64,000 nucleotides of DNA, from assembly GCA_951406725.2 (NCBI GenBank), contig OX597820.1, positions 88,784,001 through 88,848,000 on the forward strand, given 5' to 3'. A program made the position numbers and the translations under genes. Source of the DNA: Octopus vulgaris (Eukaryota). Under the pieces are notes generated by a model that saw only the letters and a list, made by a program, of their open reading frames with translations, was not told the DNA's origin and searched no databases. Shown in pieces: positions 27,495 through 40,557 of this stretch; the first letter of the stretch is position 1; every line of letters begins with the position of its first letter.

Positions 27495-27900
27495 CGACAA
27501 GGCAGCGAACTGGCAGAATTGCTAACACGCCGGACGAAATGCTTGGCAGTATTTCGTCAGCCGCTACGTTCTGAGTTCAAAATCCACCGAGGTCGACTTT
27601 GCCTTTCATTCTTTCGTGATCGATAAATTAAGTACCAGTTACGAACTGGGTCGATGTAATCGACTTAATCCGTTTGTCTGTCCTTGTTTGTCCTCTCTGT
27701 GTTTAGCCCCTTGTGGGTAGTAAAGAAATAGGTATTTCGTCCATTGCTATGTTCTGTGTTCAAATTCCTCCGAGGACGACTTTGCTTTCCATCCATTCAG
27801 GGTCGATCAATTAAGTATCAGAGAAACACTGGGGTCGATGTAATCGACTAGTCTCCTTCCCGAAAATTTGAGGGTTTGTGCCTTTAGTAGAAAGGTTTAT
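27495..27900 (+). mobile_element. SINE family A composite: young unit joined at ggtatttcg to an old body
   Basis: Junction gaaata|ggtatttcgtc at 27730/27731. Confidence 0.85.
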
Positions 27901-27965
27901 TATCATCATCATCGTCGTCGTCGTCGTCGTCTTCATCATCATTATCATTATTATTATTATTATTA

Positions 27966-28036
<71 letters not shown>

Positions 28037-28237
28037 GGGCAGTATTATTAGCACGCCGGGTAAAATGCTGAGCGGGATATTGTCTGTCCATACATGCTGA
28101 GTTCAAATCCCACCGAGGCCGACTTTGCCTTTCATTCTTTCGTGATCGATAAATTAAGTACCAGTTGAACACTGGGGTCGATATAATTGAGTCATCCTAT
28201 CCCCCCAAATTGCTGCCCTTGTGGCAAAATTTGAAAC

Positions 28238-28295
<58 letters not shown>

Positions 28296-28848
28296 GAGTG
28301 AGAGAGCAGTTCATGCCATCAAAGTGACACTGGGGTAAAATATACGAAGCCCAATATACCCATCATGACTACCCGTCTGATAAGGGTACACCAGGCACAT
28401 GCATCACAACCATATGTGCGCGACATGGTGATCTCATATCAAGATAAAGAGCACATGACCTTGCAGGTGGGGCCCAGTTAGAATTTTCTTCAGGTTGAGT
28501 AGCCCATCCCACTCAAAAGGTCTCTGAATAAGAGTTGTTTAAGGATGTTGAAAGAACCACCCATGTTTCCAGAGGTGAATTATTCAAACCCCAAAGAATC
28601 CCTCTCAACACATGGCTATGATGCTCCCCCACTACTTCTGCTCGTGATCAGAGATGCACATATCGTCAGCCACTAAGGGACATGCTCAACTGGTTATGGT
28701 CAAACAACTGACAAGCAAATCTGTGGTATTGAGCAGAATATTTGCTGTAGCCCATCTTTTATACCAAGACAAAACAATGTACATGATAACTCTTCCAATC
28801 AGTTAAGATCAGAAGCCACGAGAGCCACTGCCTGGTACTGCATCAGAG

Positions 28849-28850
<2 letters not shown>
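28296..28850 (-). mobile_element. Family E element, full length (555 bp), between two (ATT)n tracts
   Basis: Colinear with 17432-17972 and 1-389; further fragment at ~50706-50875. Confidence 0.9.
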
Positions 28851-28914
<64 letters not shown>

Positions 28915-29177
28915 GGGCAGTATCATTAGCACGCCGGGTAAAATGCTGAGCGGAATTTTGTCTGTCCATACATGTCCCCTCTATGTGTAGCCCCTTGTGG
29001 GCAATAAAGAAATAGGTATTTCGTGTGCCGCTACGTTTTGAGTTCAAATCCCACCGAGGCCGACTTTGCCTTTCATTCTTTCGTGATCGATAAATTAAGT
29101 ACCAGTTGAACACTGGGGTCGATATAATTGACTCCTCCTCTCCCCCCAAATTGCTGCCCTTGTGGCCAAATTTGAAG

Positions 29178-29179
<2 letters not shown>

Positions 29180-29244
<65 letters not shown>

Positions 29245-29273
29245 CATTATTATTATTATTTTCATTATTATTA

Positions 29274-29343
<70 letters not shown>

Positions 29344-29372
29344 CATTATTATTATTATTTTCATTATTATTA

Positions 29373-29421
<49 letters not shown>

Positions 29422-29471
29422 CATTATTATTATTATTATCATTATTATTATCATTATTATTATTATTATTA

Positions 29472-29538
<67 letters not shown>
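29180..29538. repeat. Long (ATT)n microsatellite
   Basis: Directly visible. Confidence 0.98.
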
Positions 29539-29539
<1 letters not shown>

Positions 29540-32500
29540 GCCTCGGCAAGATGTATTTTGTATCATTAGTATGATTAAAATGAAAAAAAAATATTTTTTC
29601 GAATTTTGAGGGTGAACATTGTTAATAGAGTGATAGCTTTTCTAGTAATGTTATTTTCCTCGTTAAACAAGGAAAAGCAATTATTTCGTTGGACATAATT
29701 TTTTTGTCCGCCAAGCATTTCAAATATGGTGACTAAGGCAGCTGATGCCCCCTACTCCAACCCCACACCATCCTACCCCAAATTTCTGCCCAAAATAAGG
29801 GAGAAACAAATGTCTTGCAAGCAAGATTTAGATGTAGTTTATAAAACACACCAGAAGAAATGATCTTTTCACATGCAAGTATATCCCGTACTATCACGCA
29901 AACTGTTGGTAGTCTAAATTGTAACAACAACAATAAAGTTTCCCTTTTTTGCTTGCGTTGCCAGTAACAAGGGAATTTGAATGCGAATGAATTAGATGAG
30001 AAAAAACGTGGCGTGGCACAAAGAAGTGACGAAATCAAATATTTCCTTGCTCAAGACTCTTATCAGGAACGAGAGAGAAGGAAAGTAATTTACCTCTGAT
30101 TCATAGATAAATGAGATAGTCTTCACTCAGCCTCAAAAGAATTTTTGAAAGAGGTACTGCCCGATTAGTTGAAGTGTGTAGTTTCCATTGACGACGGAAG
30201 AAGAAATGAGAGCATATGACTAGACCACAAAATCGATAATGATGCGAATCAACTTGAGGAGACACCGAGAAAAGCACCTGCGTATCGACTGATACCATAA
30301 TAAATGGACCAGTGCAGCACAAGGTTGATAGTCTGGGGTATTGGCAATGACATTGATCTATGGTTTGTCGTCATCTTTATAGCGCAATATGGGCAGGTGG
30401 TAAGGCAACGAAGAATGAGATGTAATCGAGAGGAATCAGTATGGACTTACACGACCTATTGACTTACCAACAGCTGTGCCTCATCGTGAGTTCAGAAACA
30501 AAAGTGATGAAACCAGCTGTGCAGGGCAAAAAAGCCCAGCTGTTGTACTAGAAAAAAACCAAAAGTCATTTAAGCGTTTTCTGCCCTATGGAACTATAAA
30601 GGCACAAGAAGAGACAGCAGTGCATCCATGAATAATAAAAGCCGGTGCTGAAAGCTGTGGTTCCAATAGCTCTGCCAGTTGAAGTTCTGGAAATGGAGGA
30701 AGAGAACGTCTCGTGTCTGGTCTCAGAAGCTGAAGAGGCTGAAGACCACTCCACCGATTTAGAAGTAGTCAAGCCAGTAAGGTGTTGGTGAAAACTTAAT
30801 CAATTATTTATCACAATTTAAAACAGCGACACCTAGAGAACGTTGGTTATATTTTACCATGGTCATTTCAGAAAACGTTTATGGGTACCACTAAGTATAC
30901 CCTATTCCACAATAATAAGTGGAAGTTGGGCAAAGTCATAGGGTGCTTTCATCCGAGGTAGGTTTTAGGTTCTCATCCGTGTGGATAGATGGGTTACTCG
31001 AAATAACTTTATGTTTTGTTTCAATCATATCCTCTTTTCAGTCATAGTTTTTATATAATTATTTATTCATTCTGTGTTTATAATTTATAAGAAATTTCTA
31101 AGATACACAACTATATATTGTAACATTTCTGTCCATCCCCTTGTTTTTAAATAATTTTGTTTTGTCCATCGCCACGCGTTTCTAACCCTTGTGCTCACGA
31201 TTTTTTTATAGTATGTATGAATTTGTCCTTGGTGGTAAATAAAGAAATTCCTCCTGAAGATAAAAACAGACAGACCGCTTATGTAAACAACATAGATGGC
31301 TTTTCCCAACTTTGCAGCCGCCAGCGTATCGAATTTACGAGTGAGTTGTACGAATGCACACGACCTGGGGTTGACGTAAAAGCCATGACTCCTTTTGAAC
31401 TGAGATCAGTAAATCTCGATGTTGTAACCATTGGCATGCCTAGAATTTCTGTTTCCAAAAGGCGTAGACTTTGAAGTAAATACGATCTTTCTAGACTCAG
31501 AGGACAGGTAGATGGTCCTACCTGTGAGCAGTAGTGGAGACGGTAGTGCTTTATATTCCAATAGGATCTAGAAGGCCAACTTTCTTCAGACATCTGGAAG
31601 TTTTCACAGAAACACTTAGCTAATTAGTGTTAGAAGATGAGTGAAATTAAACTTTAGATGTGCGTAGAGATTGTGTGAGAGTAGCCGATAGAAGAAAAGG
31701 GTGTAGAAGCCTTCCAAACTTGCTCAGGCGTTTCTAACAGGCTGACAAGTATCGCCTGGATTTTTCAAATACACCAGAATGAACTAAGAAAAATTTCCGC
31801 ACATAATGCCGCTTCTATTTCTTTAACCAATAGAGATAAACTAAGCTGTTCGTAGTTACGGGGCTACAAGGACCTCAAAATTTTAATATGTGCAGTCAAC
31901 TTAAAAAGCAGGATCTTGAGTAACGGAAACTAAATGCAGCATTTCAGGAGTTAATGTAACGAATTAGTTCAGCAAGAATTGATGGGCTCATATACGAAAA
32001 AGCATTTGCGGGTGCCACTAAAAAGGAAAAAGAAAATAGTAAAACCGTGTGTTAGTTTTAGCAAAAGTGATAATTGAAAACAATGGATTAAAGAAGGAGT
32101 TAGTAGATTAGAGAAGGAGTTAGTTGATTAAAGAAGGAGTTAGAAAAGGCATCATTTACGATTTGCTCACACATTTACAAAGCACGAAGGTTGCTCTGAA
32201 AAAAAAAGCGCCATTAAACAAAAATGGTTGGCGGAAGTATAGCATAGTTACAAAGCTACACTTTGATCTTTAACGGACTCTAGCGTTCGCTTACTATCCG
32301 ATTCCAAGCATTTGATTGGTGAAGGTGTTAATTGAGAGGTTAGTGTTTATCCTTAGTAATGTCCTGAAAGATCAGTCCAAAACAGAATCCATCACGTACT
32401 GCGATGCAGGAGCTAACGCTGGATTTTCTACGTCATCAAATAATCTGCTAGAATGAACAGCTACACCTCCCTCAATTTACTCCTAGATATTTCCAAAACG

Positions 32501-32873
32501 AAATATCTTAATGTAGTCCTGCGTGCCTTCAAAGGATGGGGCAGTCGTGGTTGAAACACTTTGGTCAAGCACTATTCAGTCACAACAGCATTGTACAGAA
32601 TGGGAGAGTGAGGTCATAGATCTGATCCATTCGGATCTGCAGCATTGACCATCGGTATCTTCTGAGTGTCCTTTGTACAGATGGTTTCCAACGCGTGACC
32701 AGAGGCTTGATCACTGCATCCGGCAATTGATCAGGGTAAAAGGAATCCAGCTTAAATCAGAAAACAGCAGTAAAACAATGCAAATTGTCAGCAACAGCAA
32801 TAACAATAACATCGACAACGACGAGGGCGGCAGCGACAACGACGACGATTGACAGCAGCAGTAGCAGCAGCAG

Positions 32874-33070
32874 TGGAGGCGCAATGGCCCAGTGGTTAGG
32901 GCAGCGGACTCGAGGTCGTAAGAACGCAGTTTCGATTCCCAGACCGGGCATTGTGAGTGTTCATTGAGCAAAAACACCTAAGCTCCACGAGGCTCCGGCA
33001 GGGGGTGGATTGGTGAACCCCGCTGTACTCTTTCACCACAACTTTCTCTCACTCTTTCTTCCTACTTCTG
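32874..33070 (+). mobile_element. SINE family C, 5' part
   Basis: ggaggcgcaatggcccagtggttagggcagcggactcg..gtttcgattccc; matches 37069-37454. Confidence 0.85.
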
Positions 33071-33659
33071 CCACAAAACAGAGGAACCATGGAGTAACAC
33101 ACTATGGTGTAGTAAACTTTCACCCTAGTCTAGATTGCTAATCCCCTGTACCCCAGGATGGTTCAGCTCTCCACCCGTTAAAAAAGCCACTGTTTACGGA
33201 ATGAGGATAACAACATAGCTTTCGCGCCCGTGCAACCGCTAGTCTATCGCGTGTGGTGGGTGGATCTTCAAGTTGCCACACGCATTCTTAATAGCTTAGA
33301 GTAGGCTCGAATTAGAGATTATTCTTTGTGGCTAATGGCGTGAGTCCTGTTTGGAAGAAGAAAGAAGAAGAAGAAGCAGCAGCAACAACAACAAGAACAA
33401 CAATAACAGTTACACTACTTTATGTCACAATAACTTCATTAAATGGGACAAAATGCCTTGCGGTATTTATTCTCGCTAATTGTACTCTGGGCTCAAATCC
33501 TGCTGAAGTTAACATCCTCTGTCGTCCTTTTGAGGACCATAATATAAATTACTAGCCCAGGTTGATGAATCGATGGAACTGTCAGAATGTCGAATACGGT
33601 GCCTTGTTATAATTGTTCCAGCTGTTCGTGTTCTCAGTTTATGATGGGGTGATGTGCTT

Positions 33660-34200
33660 AATCCGTCTCCAGGCTTAACACCACCAACTGGTCCTTAGAT
33701 GCTATTAGCAGAGAATTCACTGCATTACAAGCATTCGGGTCAAGCCACCGGTTTAAGGAGTGGGTTTTGTTCGAAATGGAGAAAATAGGGTCATTCATGT
33801 ACAGAAGGAAAGGAGTTGGAGACAAAACCGAACTCTGAGTTACATAAAGCGTTGATAGAATGGAGGGGGGGAAAAGGGGCTCCGTCAAAAAACACCGTAA
33901 ATGATCTGGAGTGGATCTGGCTTACGTAAGAAGTGTTGTTGATCATTGTGGAGAGAGAGAGAGGTAGGGGAACGGTTGGGGACGCAAGGGGAGAGGGAGA
34001 GAGAAGAAAGAAAGTGAGAGAAAGGGAGAGACAGAGAGTCAAGTTTTTGAAGGATGTTATGATGGTTGTCTCCATCACATTTGAAATATTGGAACATTAT
34101 AAAAAAAATAGACGATAGTTGGCAATGTCAGAAAAGTTGACTTTCTTCGGAATGGAACACAATGTAGCACGTTACCGAAGACCAAGGGATATATCAGTGA
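33660..34200 (-). mobile_element. Decayed CR1/Jockey-group LINE reverse transcriptase
   Basis: VTQSSVLSPTPFLLYMND resembles GVPQGSVLSPTLFLLYIND; upstream SDIANYR..SNISNVMET resembles NYRPISLLSxxSKVME. Confidence 0.75.
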
Positions 34201-35514
34201 AGAAACAGAAGGATTGACCGCAGTTTTGAAGGCGGAATAGCTTGAGGGTTGTCTATTATTCTAAGACACCCTTTGAGTTTTGGGTAGTTGTCTTGCAAGA
34301 GCTGCGTTGCTAGGTAAATGCTATCCAGTTTTGGGAAAGTAAATGAGTTCCTCCAAAGGCAGTAAGCCATATGTTATGCAGCTGCAAGGGAATAACTTAA
34401 CTGTTGTTTCTTTTTGCTGATGGCGTCTATGAGTAATCTAGTCTCGAAACAATTTTATTCTTATACTGAATCAATCGAGAGTTGTCTCCCGTACATTTTA
34501 AAATTTGTCTTGCATTTTGTTAATTATAAAGTCGTTATTTACAAGTTTCTTACAACTTGTTATTGATAATGGTGACCAAGGATTGTCTGTGCGACTAGGG
34601 CAGAACAAATATATCTGATCAAATAATCGAACGTTAGTCATTCAGCTATCGCTCTTTCATTTTTTTTTTCTTTTTACTTCCTACAAATGTATTTCAAATT
34701 TACATGTTTACAGCTCTTCATTACAGATGGCATTCTAGTGTTGCCGATGGTCGTAGTTGTTATTGCTGTTGTTGGTGTATTATTGCTGTTGTTGGTGTAT
34801 TATTGCTGTTGTTGGTGTATTATTGCTGTTGTTGTTGTTGTTGGTCCTGGTGTAGTCGTTGTTGTTGTTGGTGGTGGTGGTGGTGGTGGTAGTGGTGGTG
34901 GTGGTGGTGGTGGTGGTGGTGGTGGTGGTGGTGGCAGTGGTGGTGATGATTGTGATGATGAAGACGTTTCGAAATGATTTCAATTTTCAAATTTTGTGAT
35001 CTTTAGAACTTTGCTTTCCTGTCGTTTAAGTTGTTCATGTTTATCGCTGTTATTTACTTTCATACAAATGGCATAGAACAAACCTTCACTCCCTGTCCCC
35101 AGCCACAGGGCTGTGAATTATTTGGTACCGGGCCGCACAGTAAGAATAATTTTTAAAACTTTTTTATTTTTATTCACTTTTGCAGTTTGCTGGGTGATTT
35201 TGTATAATATATGTATTATATCTTTTACTTTTTATTCTTTTACTTGTTTCAGGCATTAAACTGTGGCCATGCTGGTGCACCATCTTCAAGAATTTTTAGT
35301 CGAATGAATCGACCCCAAAACTTATTTATTTTCATGAGCCTAGTACTTATTCTATTGGTGTCTTTTGCCGAACCGCAAAGTTACGGAGGTGTAAACTCAT
35401 CGACACCGGTTGTCAAGCGCTGTGCGGAGGACAAACGCAGACACAAAGACACCCGTACACACACACACACACACACACACATACACACACACATACACAT
35501 ATATATATAAATTT

Positions 35515-35762
35515 TTCCTTGTCGAGCCATGCCAGGTTCATGAGGGCTGGTTTCTCGGTTTCAATGGCGTATATATTGCCCACCTGGACGAAACGCCGGT
35601 CCGTCGCGGGATTATTCCTTTTTGCTTGTTGAATGGACTGGAGCAACGTGAAAATTAAGTGTTTTGCTCAAAAACACAACGCATCGCCCGGTCCAGGAAT
35701 CAAAACCACAATCTTACGATCATGAGTCCAACACCCTAACCATCAAACCACGTGCCTCCACC
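35515..35762 (-). mobile_element. SINE family D
   Basis: Reverse complement homolog of 13137-13405. Confidence 0.85.
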
Positions 35763-35764
35763 AC

Positions 35765-35810
<46 letters not shown>

Positions 35811-35814
<4 letters not shown>

Positions 35815-36090
35815 GATTAATTTTTTTCTGAAATGCAGGATAATGCTAATAATATTACACGAACAGGATAAACTATCCATATTTTGCAGAAAAATCTGTC
35901 GGCGTCCAGCCATGACGCTCGAACTCACATCCCTGTAATTATGTGTCAAGTGCTTTACCATTAAGCTAAACTGCCCCAACGACAAATTCTGCAAATTTAG
36001 GATATATAAATATGCAAAATATGGATAGTTTATCCTGTTCATGCTATATTATTAGCAGTATCTTGCGTTTGAGAATAAGATTATTTCCTT
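35811..36090. repeat. ~78-bp inverted repeat enclosing a tRNA-like sequence (35903-35977, minus strand)
   Basis: gaacaggataaactatccatattttgca / tgcaaaatatggatagtttatcctgttc; A box tagcttaatgg and B box gagttcgag. Confidence 0.7.
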
Positions 36091-36211
36091 ATCTGTATCT
36101 TTCAATACATCTCAATGCTTCTAAAGCAAGCTTTGTTGACTTTCAACGTAAGTTGAATTTAATATACATACATACATACATACATACATACATACATACA
36201 TACATACATAC

Positions 36212-36251
<40 letters not shown>

Positions 36252-36764
36252 CGTGGTTGTGTGGAAAGAAACTTGCTTCCCAACTACATGGTTCTGGGTT
36301 CAGTCCTACTGCGTGGCACCTTGGGTAAGTATCTTCTACTATAGCCTCAGGCCTACCAAAGCTTTGTGGGTGGTTTGGGCTGGCGGAAACTAAAAGAATA
36401 CATGTATATATTTGTCTGTGGAGGGGGTGTCCTCCCATCGCCATGGATTGACAACCGACGCTGGTATGTTTATCTCCCCGTAACTTAACACATTGGGACG
36501 AAAGTCTTGTGAGTGGATTTGGTAGACGAAGGCTGAAAGAAACCCTTTGTGTATATATATATACACAAGGTATATGCATATATATATACATATATATACA
36601 CAAGGTGCAGCGCCGTGGGACCGAACCCGGAACCATGTGGTTGAGAAGCAAGCTTTTTACCACACAGCCACGCTTGGTTGTTTTGCTATGCGCGTGATAC
36701 CCTGGTCCGTGGAAACATTGTCTTGCATGAGATCAGTCTGTTGTGCCAAAAAATATTCCCCCAG

Positions 36765-36810
36765 GACACCTGATGAAGGCTGGAGGGTATATCAGCCAAA
36801 ACGTTGTGTT
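36765..36810 (+). ncRNA. Minimal hammerhead motif with GAAA>AAAA mutation (Penelope-like fragment ~36690-36865)
   Basis: gacac-CTGATGA-a-ggctg gagggtatat cagcc-AAAAC-GTT-gtgtt. Confidence 0.65.
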
Positions 36811-37068
36811 AACAAAGAAGATGAGGACAAATATCCATCAAATATAAATAATGTAAATAATGATTCTTTTCTACTGGTATAAAAGACCTCAAAAAAAAAA
36901 AAATTAATCCATAAGTGGTCATTGTATTTGCAAGAAATATCAACCAAATCTTCTTTAAACCAGACCCTGTCATCTTAAAAAAAAATAAGGTGGCTTGGTG
37001 GTTAAATTGTACAGTGCAGTCCGTGGTATACAAAAGAACGGAATGGTGATGGTTGGAGCGCCTCTGGA

Positions 37069-37454
37069 TGGAAGCACTCCGTCGGTTACGACGACGAGGG
37101 TTCCGGTTGATCCGAATCAATGGAACAGCCTGCTCGTGAAATTAACGTGTAAGTGGCTGAGCACTCCACAGACACGTGTACCCTTAACGTAGTTCTCGGG
37201 GATATTCAGCGTGACACAGAGAGTGACAAGGCCGGCCCTTTGAAATACAGGTACAACAGAAACAGGAAGTAAGAGTGAGAGAAAGTTGTGGTGAAAGAGT
37301 ACAGCAGGGATCACCACCATCCCCTGCCGGAGCCTCGTGGAGCTTTTAGGTGTTTTCGCTCAATAAACACTCACAACGCTCGGTCTGGGAATCGAAACCG
37401 CCATCCTATGACCGCGAGTCCGCTGCCCTAACCACTGGGCCATTGCGCCTCCAC
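37069..37454 (-). mobile_element. SINE family C, full length (tRNA head, possibly Arg-derived)
   Basis: A/B boxes; gactcgcggtc places TCG in an anticodon-like position; near-identical to 62775-63157; flanked by a 47-bp direct repeat. Confidence 0.9.
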
Positions 37455-38484
37455 TGGTCCGTGGTATACAAAGGAACGGAATGGTGACGGTTAGAACGCC
37501 TCTAATCATACATCAGGTCAATCAGGACTAAGTAACAACTTACACTTGGCACTCACCCTCGCACTCAAACTCAAGTAGACTTTGCATTAGTTGGATTAAC
37601 CGCTTCAGCAGCATATGTTACGGTTTAATGCTGCTTGTACATAGCAACATTGGAAATACTAAAACTCCACGTCGGTACCGCTCCAACACCATTGATCCAG
37701 CACAACACCCTCCAACACCACTGCAATCCCACTCCTCCACGCCAACTCTCTCCTACCACCGCCACCCTCACCGTCACCACTGCCAACACTACTACCATCA
37801 CCACTACCACCACCACTACTACCACCACCACTACCACTACCACCACCACCACCGCCGCCGCCGCCGCCGCCATCACCAACAACAACAACACGACCATCAC
37901 CAACACCAACACCACACATCTCTCCCTTCAGCAACACCACTCCTCGAACACCGCTCTGCCACATACCACTCTATACCAATGCCACCCCCCACTGCTACCA
38001 CTACCATCGTCACTAACACCCCCACCACTACCCCAAACACTCCAAAACACTCCTCCCCACAACCACCACCCATTCCCTACTTCCACCATCACGCCTCCGC
38101 GATTATCTTAACTAAGAAGTCTGTACTTGGTCTAAAGACAAGCTAGAAACAGCAGCCGAATCTCCCTCACATTACTCACTACAGTTTTAAATAAAGAGAG
38201 AAAAGACTAGACAACGTAATTCCTATGTAGTTTAAAATCAACGAGATAGTCATATTTAGATTGTTCTTGATCGAAGGGTGCTTAAACTACATCAACAACA
38301 ACAACAACAACAATCAAATGTTATTTCTCGTTTCACCCTGCCTCCCCTTCCGTCACATGATCAACTCCTTCTTACCATCACCACCACCACCACCACCCGT
38401 ATCTAGCACCATCTATTGCAATCACCACTCGAGACTCTACCATAAAACCACCCAGGCATTATACCAGCCTTGACTCGGGAACAC

Positions 38485-39712
38485 ATCACCATCACCACCA
38501 ACACCGCCACCGCCACCACTACAAACACAACAACAACAACAACCATCATCACCATCACTAATACCACCAACACCACCACCACTATCACCAACACCACTAC
38601 CACTACCACCACCACCAACGCTACCACCAACACCATCACTACCACCACCACCATTACCACCATCACTACCACCACCACCAACGCTACCACCAACACCACT
38701 ACCACCACCACCATTACCACCAATTCCACCATCACTACCACCACCACCACTATCACCAACACCACGACGACCACCACCATTACCACCACTACCACCACCA
38801 CCACCAACACCATCACTACCACCACCACCATTACCACCACCATCACTACCTCCACCACCACTATCACCAACACCACAACGACCACCACCATTACCACCAC
38901 TACCACCACCACCACCAACACCATCACTACCACCACCATTACCACCACCATCACTACCTCCACCACCACTATCACCAACACCACGACGACCACCACCATT
39001 ACCACCACTACCACCACCACCACCAACACCATCACTACCTCCACCACCATTACCACCACCATCACTACCTCCACCACCACTATCACCAACACCACGACGA
39101 CCACCACCATTACCACCACTACCACCACCACCACCAACACCATCACTACCACCACCACCATTACCACCACCATCACTACCTCCACCACCACTATCACCAA
39201 CACCACGACGACCACCACCACCACCCACCACCACCACCACCACCACCAACACCATCACTACCACCACCACCATTACCACCACCATCACTACCTCCACCAC
39301 CACTATCACCAACACCACGACGACCACCACCATTACCACCACTACCACCACCACCACCAACACCATCACTACCTCCACCACCATTACCACCACCATCACT
39401 ACCTCCACCACCGCTATCACCAACACCACGACGACCACCACCATTACCACCACTACCACCACCACCACCAACACCATCACTACCTCCACCACCATTACCA
39501 CCAATTCCACCATCACTACCACCACCACCACTATCACCAACACCACGACGACCACCACCATTACCACCACTACCACCACCACCACCAACACCATCACTAC
39601 CACCACCACCATTACCACCACCATCACTACCTCCACCACCACTATCACCAACACCACAACGACCACCGCCACCACCATTACCACCACTACAACCAACACC
39701 ACCACCACAACT
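38485..39712. repeat. (ACC)-derived higher-order tandem repeat, ~111-bp unit, about 9 copies
   Basis: tatcaccaacaccac at 38751, 38862, 38970, 39081, 39192, 39304, 39415, 39532 and 39643. Confidence 0.9.
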
Positions 39713-39794
39713 AATCAACAACACCGCCATAATCAACTACAACATGTAAAACTTAGGTTTTTACCATCCGACATCACTTCCACACTCACTGTGA

Positions 39795-39797
39795 CAC

Positions 39798-39829
<32 letters not shown>

Positions 39830-40220
39830 GAGATACACAAACACACACACACACAGATACACAAACACACACACACACACACGCACAGAGATACACAAAC
39901 ACACACACACACACAGATACACAAACACACACACACACACGCACAGAGATACACAAACACACACACACACACAGATACACAAACACACACACACACAGAT
40001 ACACACACACACACACACACACGCACAGAGATACACAAACACACACACACACAGATACACAAACACACACACACACACACACACAGATACACAAACACAC
40101 ACACACACACAGAGATACACAAACACACACACACACACACACAGATACACAAACACACACACACACACACAGATACACAAACACACACACACACTCACAG
40201 AGATACACAAACACACACAC
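39795..40220. repeat. (CA)n-derived minisatellite with alternating cagatacacaaa / cagagatacacaaa spacers
   Basis: Roughly 15 units of 22-32 bp. Confidence 0.9.
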
Positions 40221-40502
40221 GCGCGCGCGCGCACGCGAACACACGCAAACACACAAACGTACAAACGCAGGAACGCACACACGCACACACACACACACAC
40301 ACATATTACACAAAAAAGAGATATATGCAAACACAAATACAACACAGACAGACACATCAACGCATACAAACATATACAAACACAAACACACGCACACACA
40401 AACACACGCACACACACACACACACAAATACACATCCTCCACAATTTGCCATCCGTCATTCAGTCCACTTCTATTCTTTCTACATGCTATGTGTGTGTCT
40501 GT

Positions 40503-40557
<55 letters not shown>

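Noticed and set aside
37380-37454. SINE heads (also 12532, 13137, 32874, 63085) as real tRNA genes
   Set aside because: Acceptor stems do not pair and each head continues into a multicopy SINE body.
38470-39714. 414-aa Thr/His-rich ORF as a host gene
   Set aside because: TTG start, mid-array frameshift, and a base composition that rarely yields stop codons.
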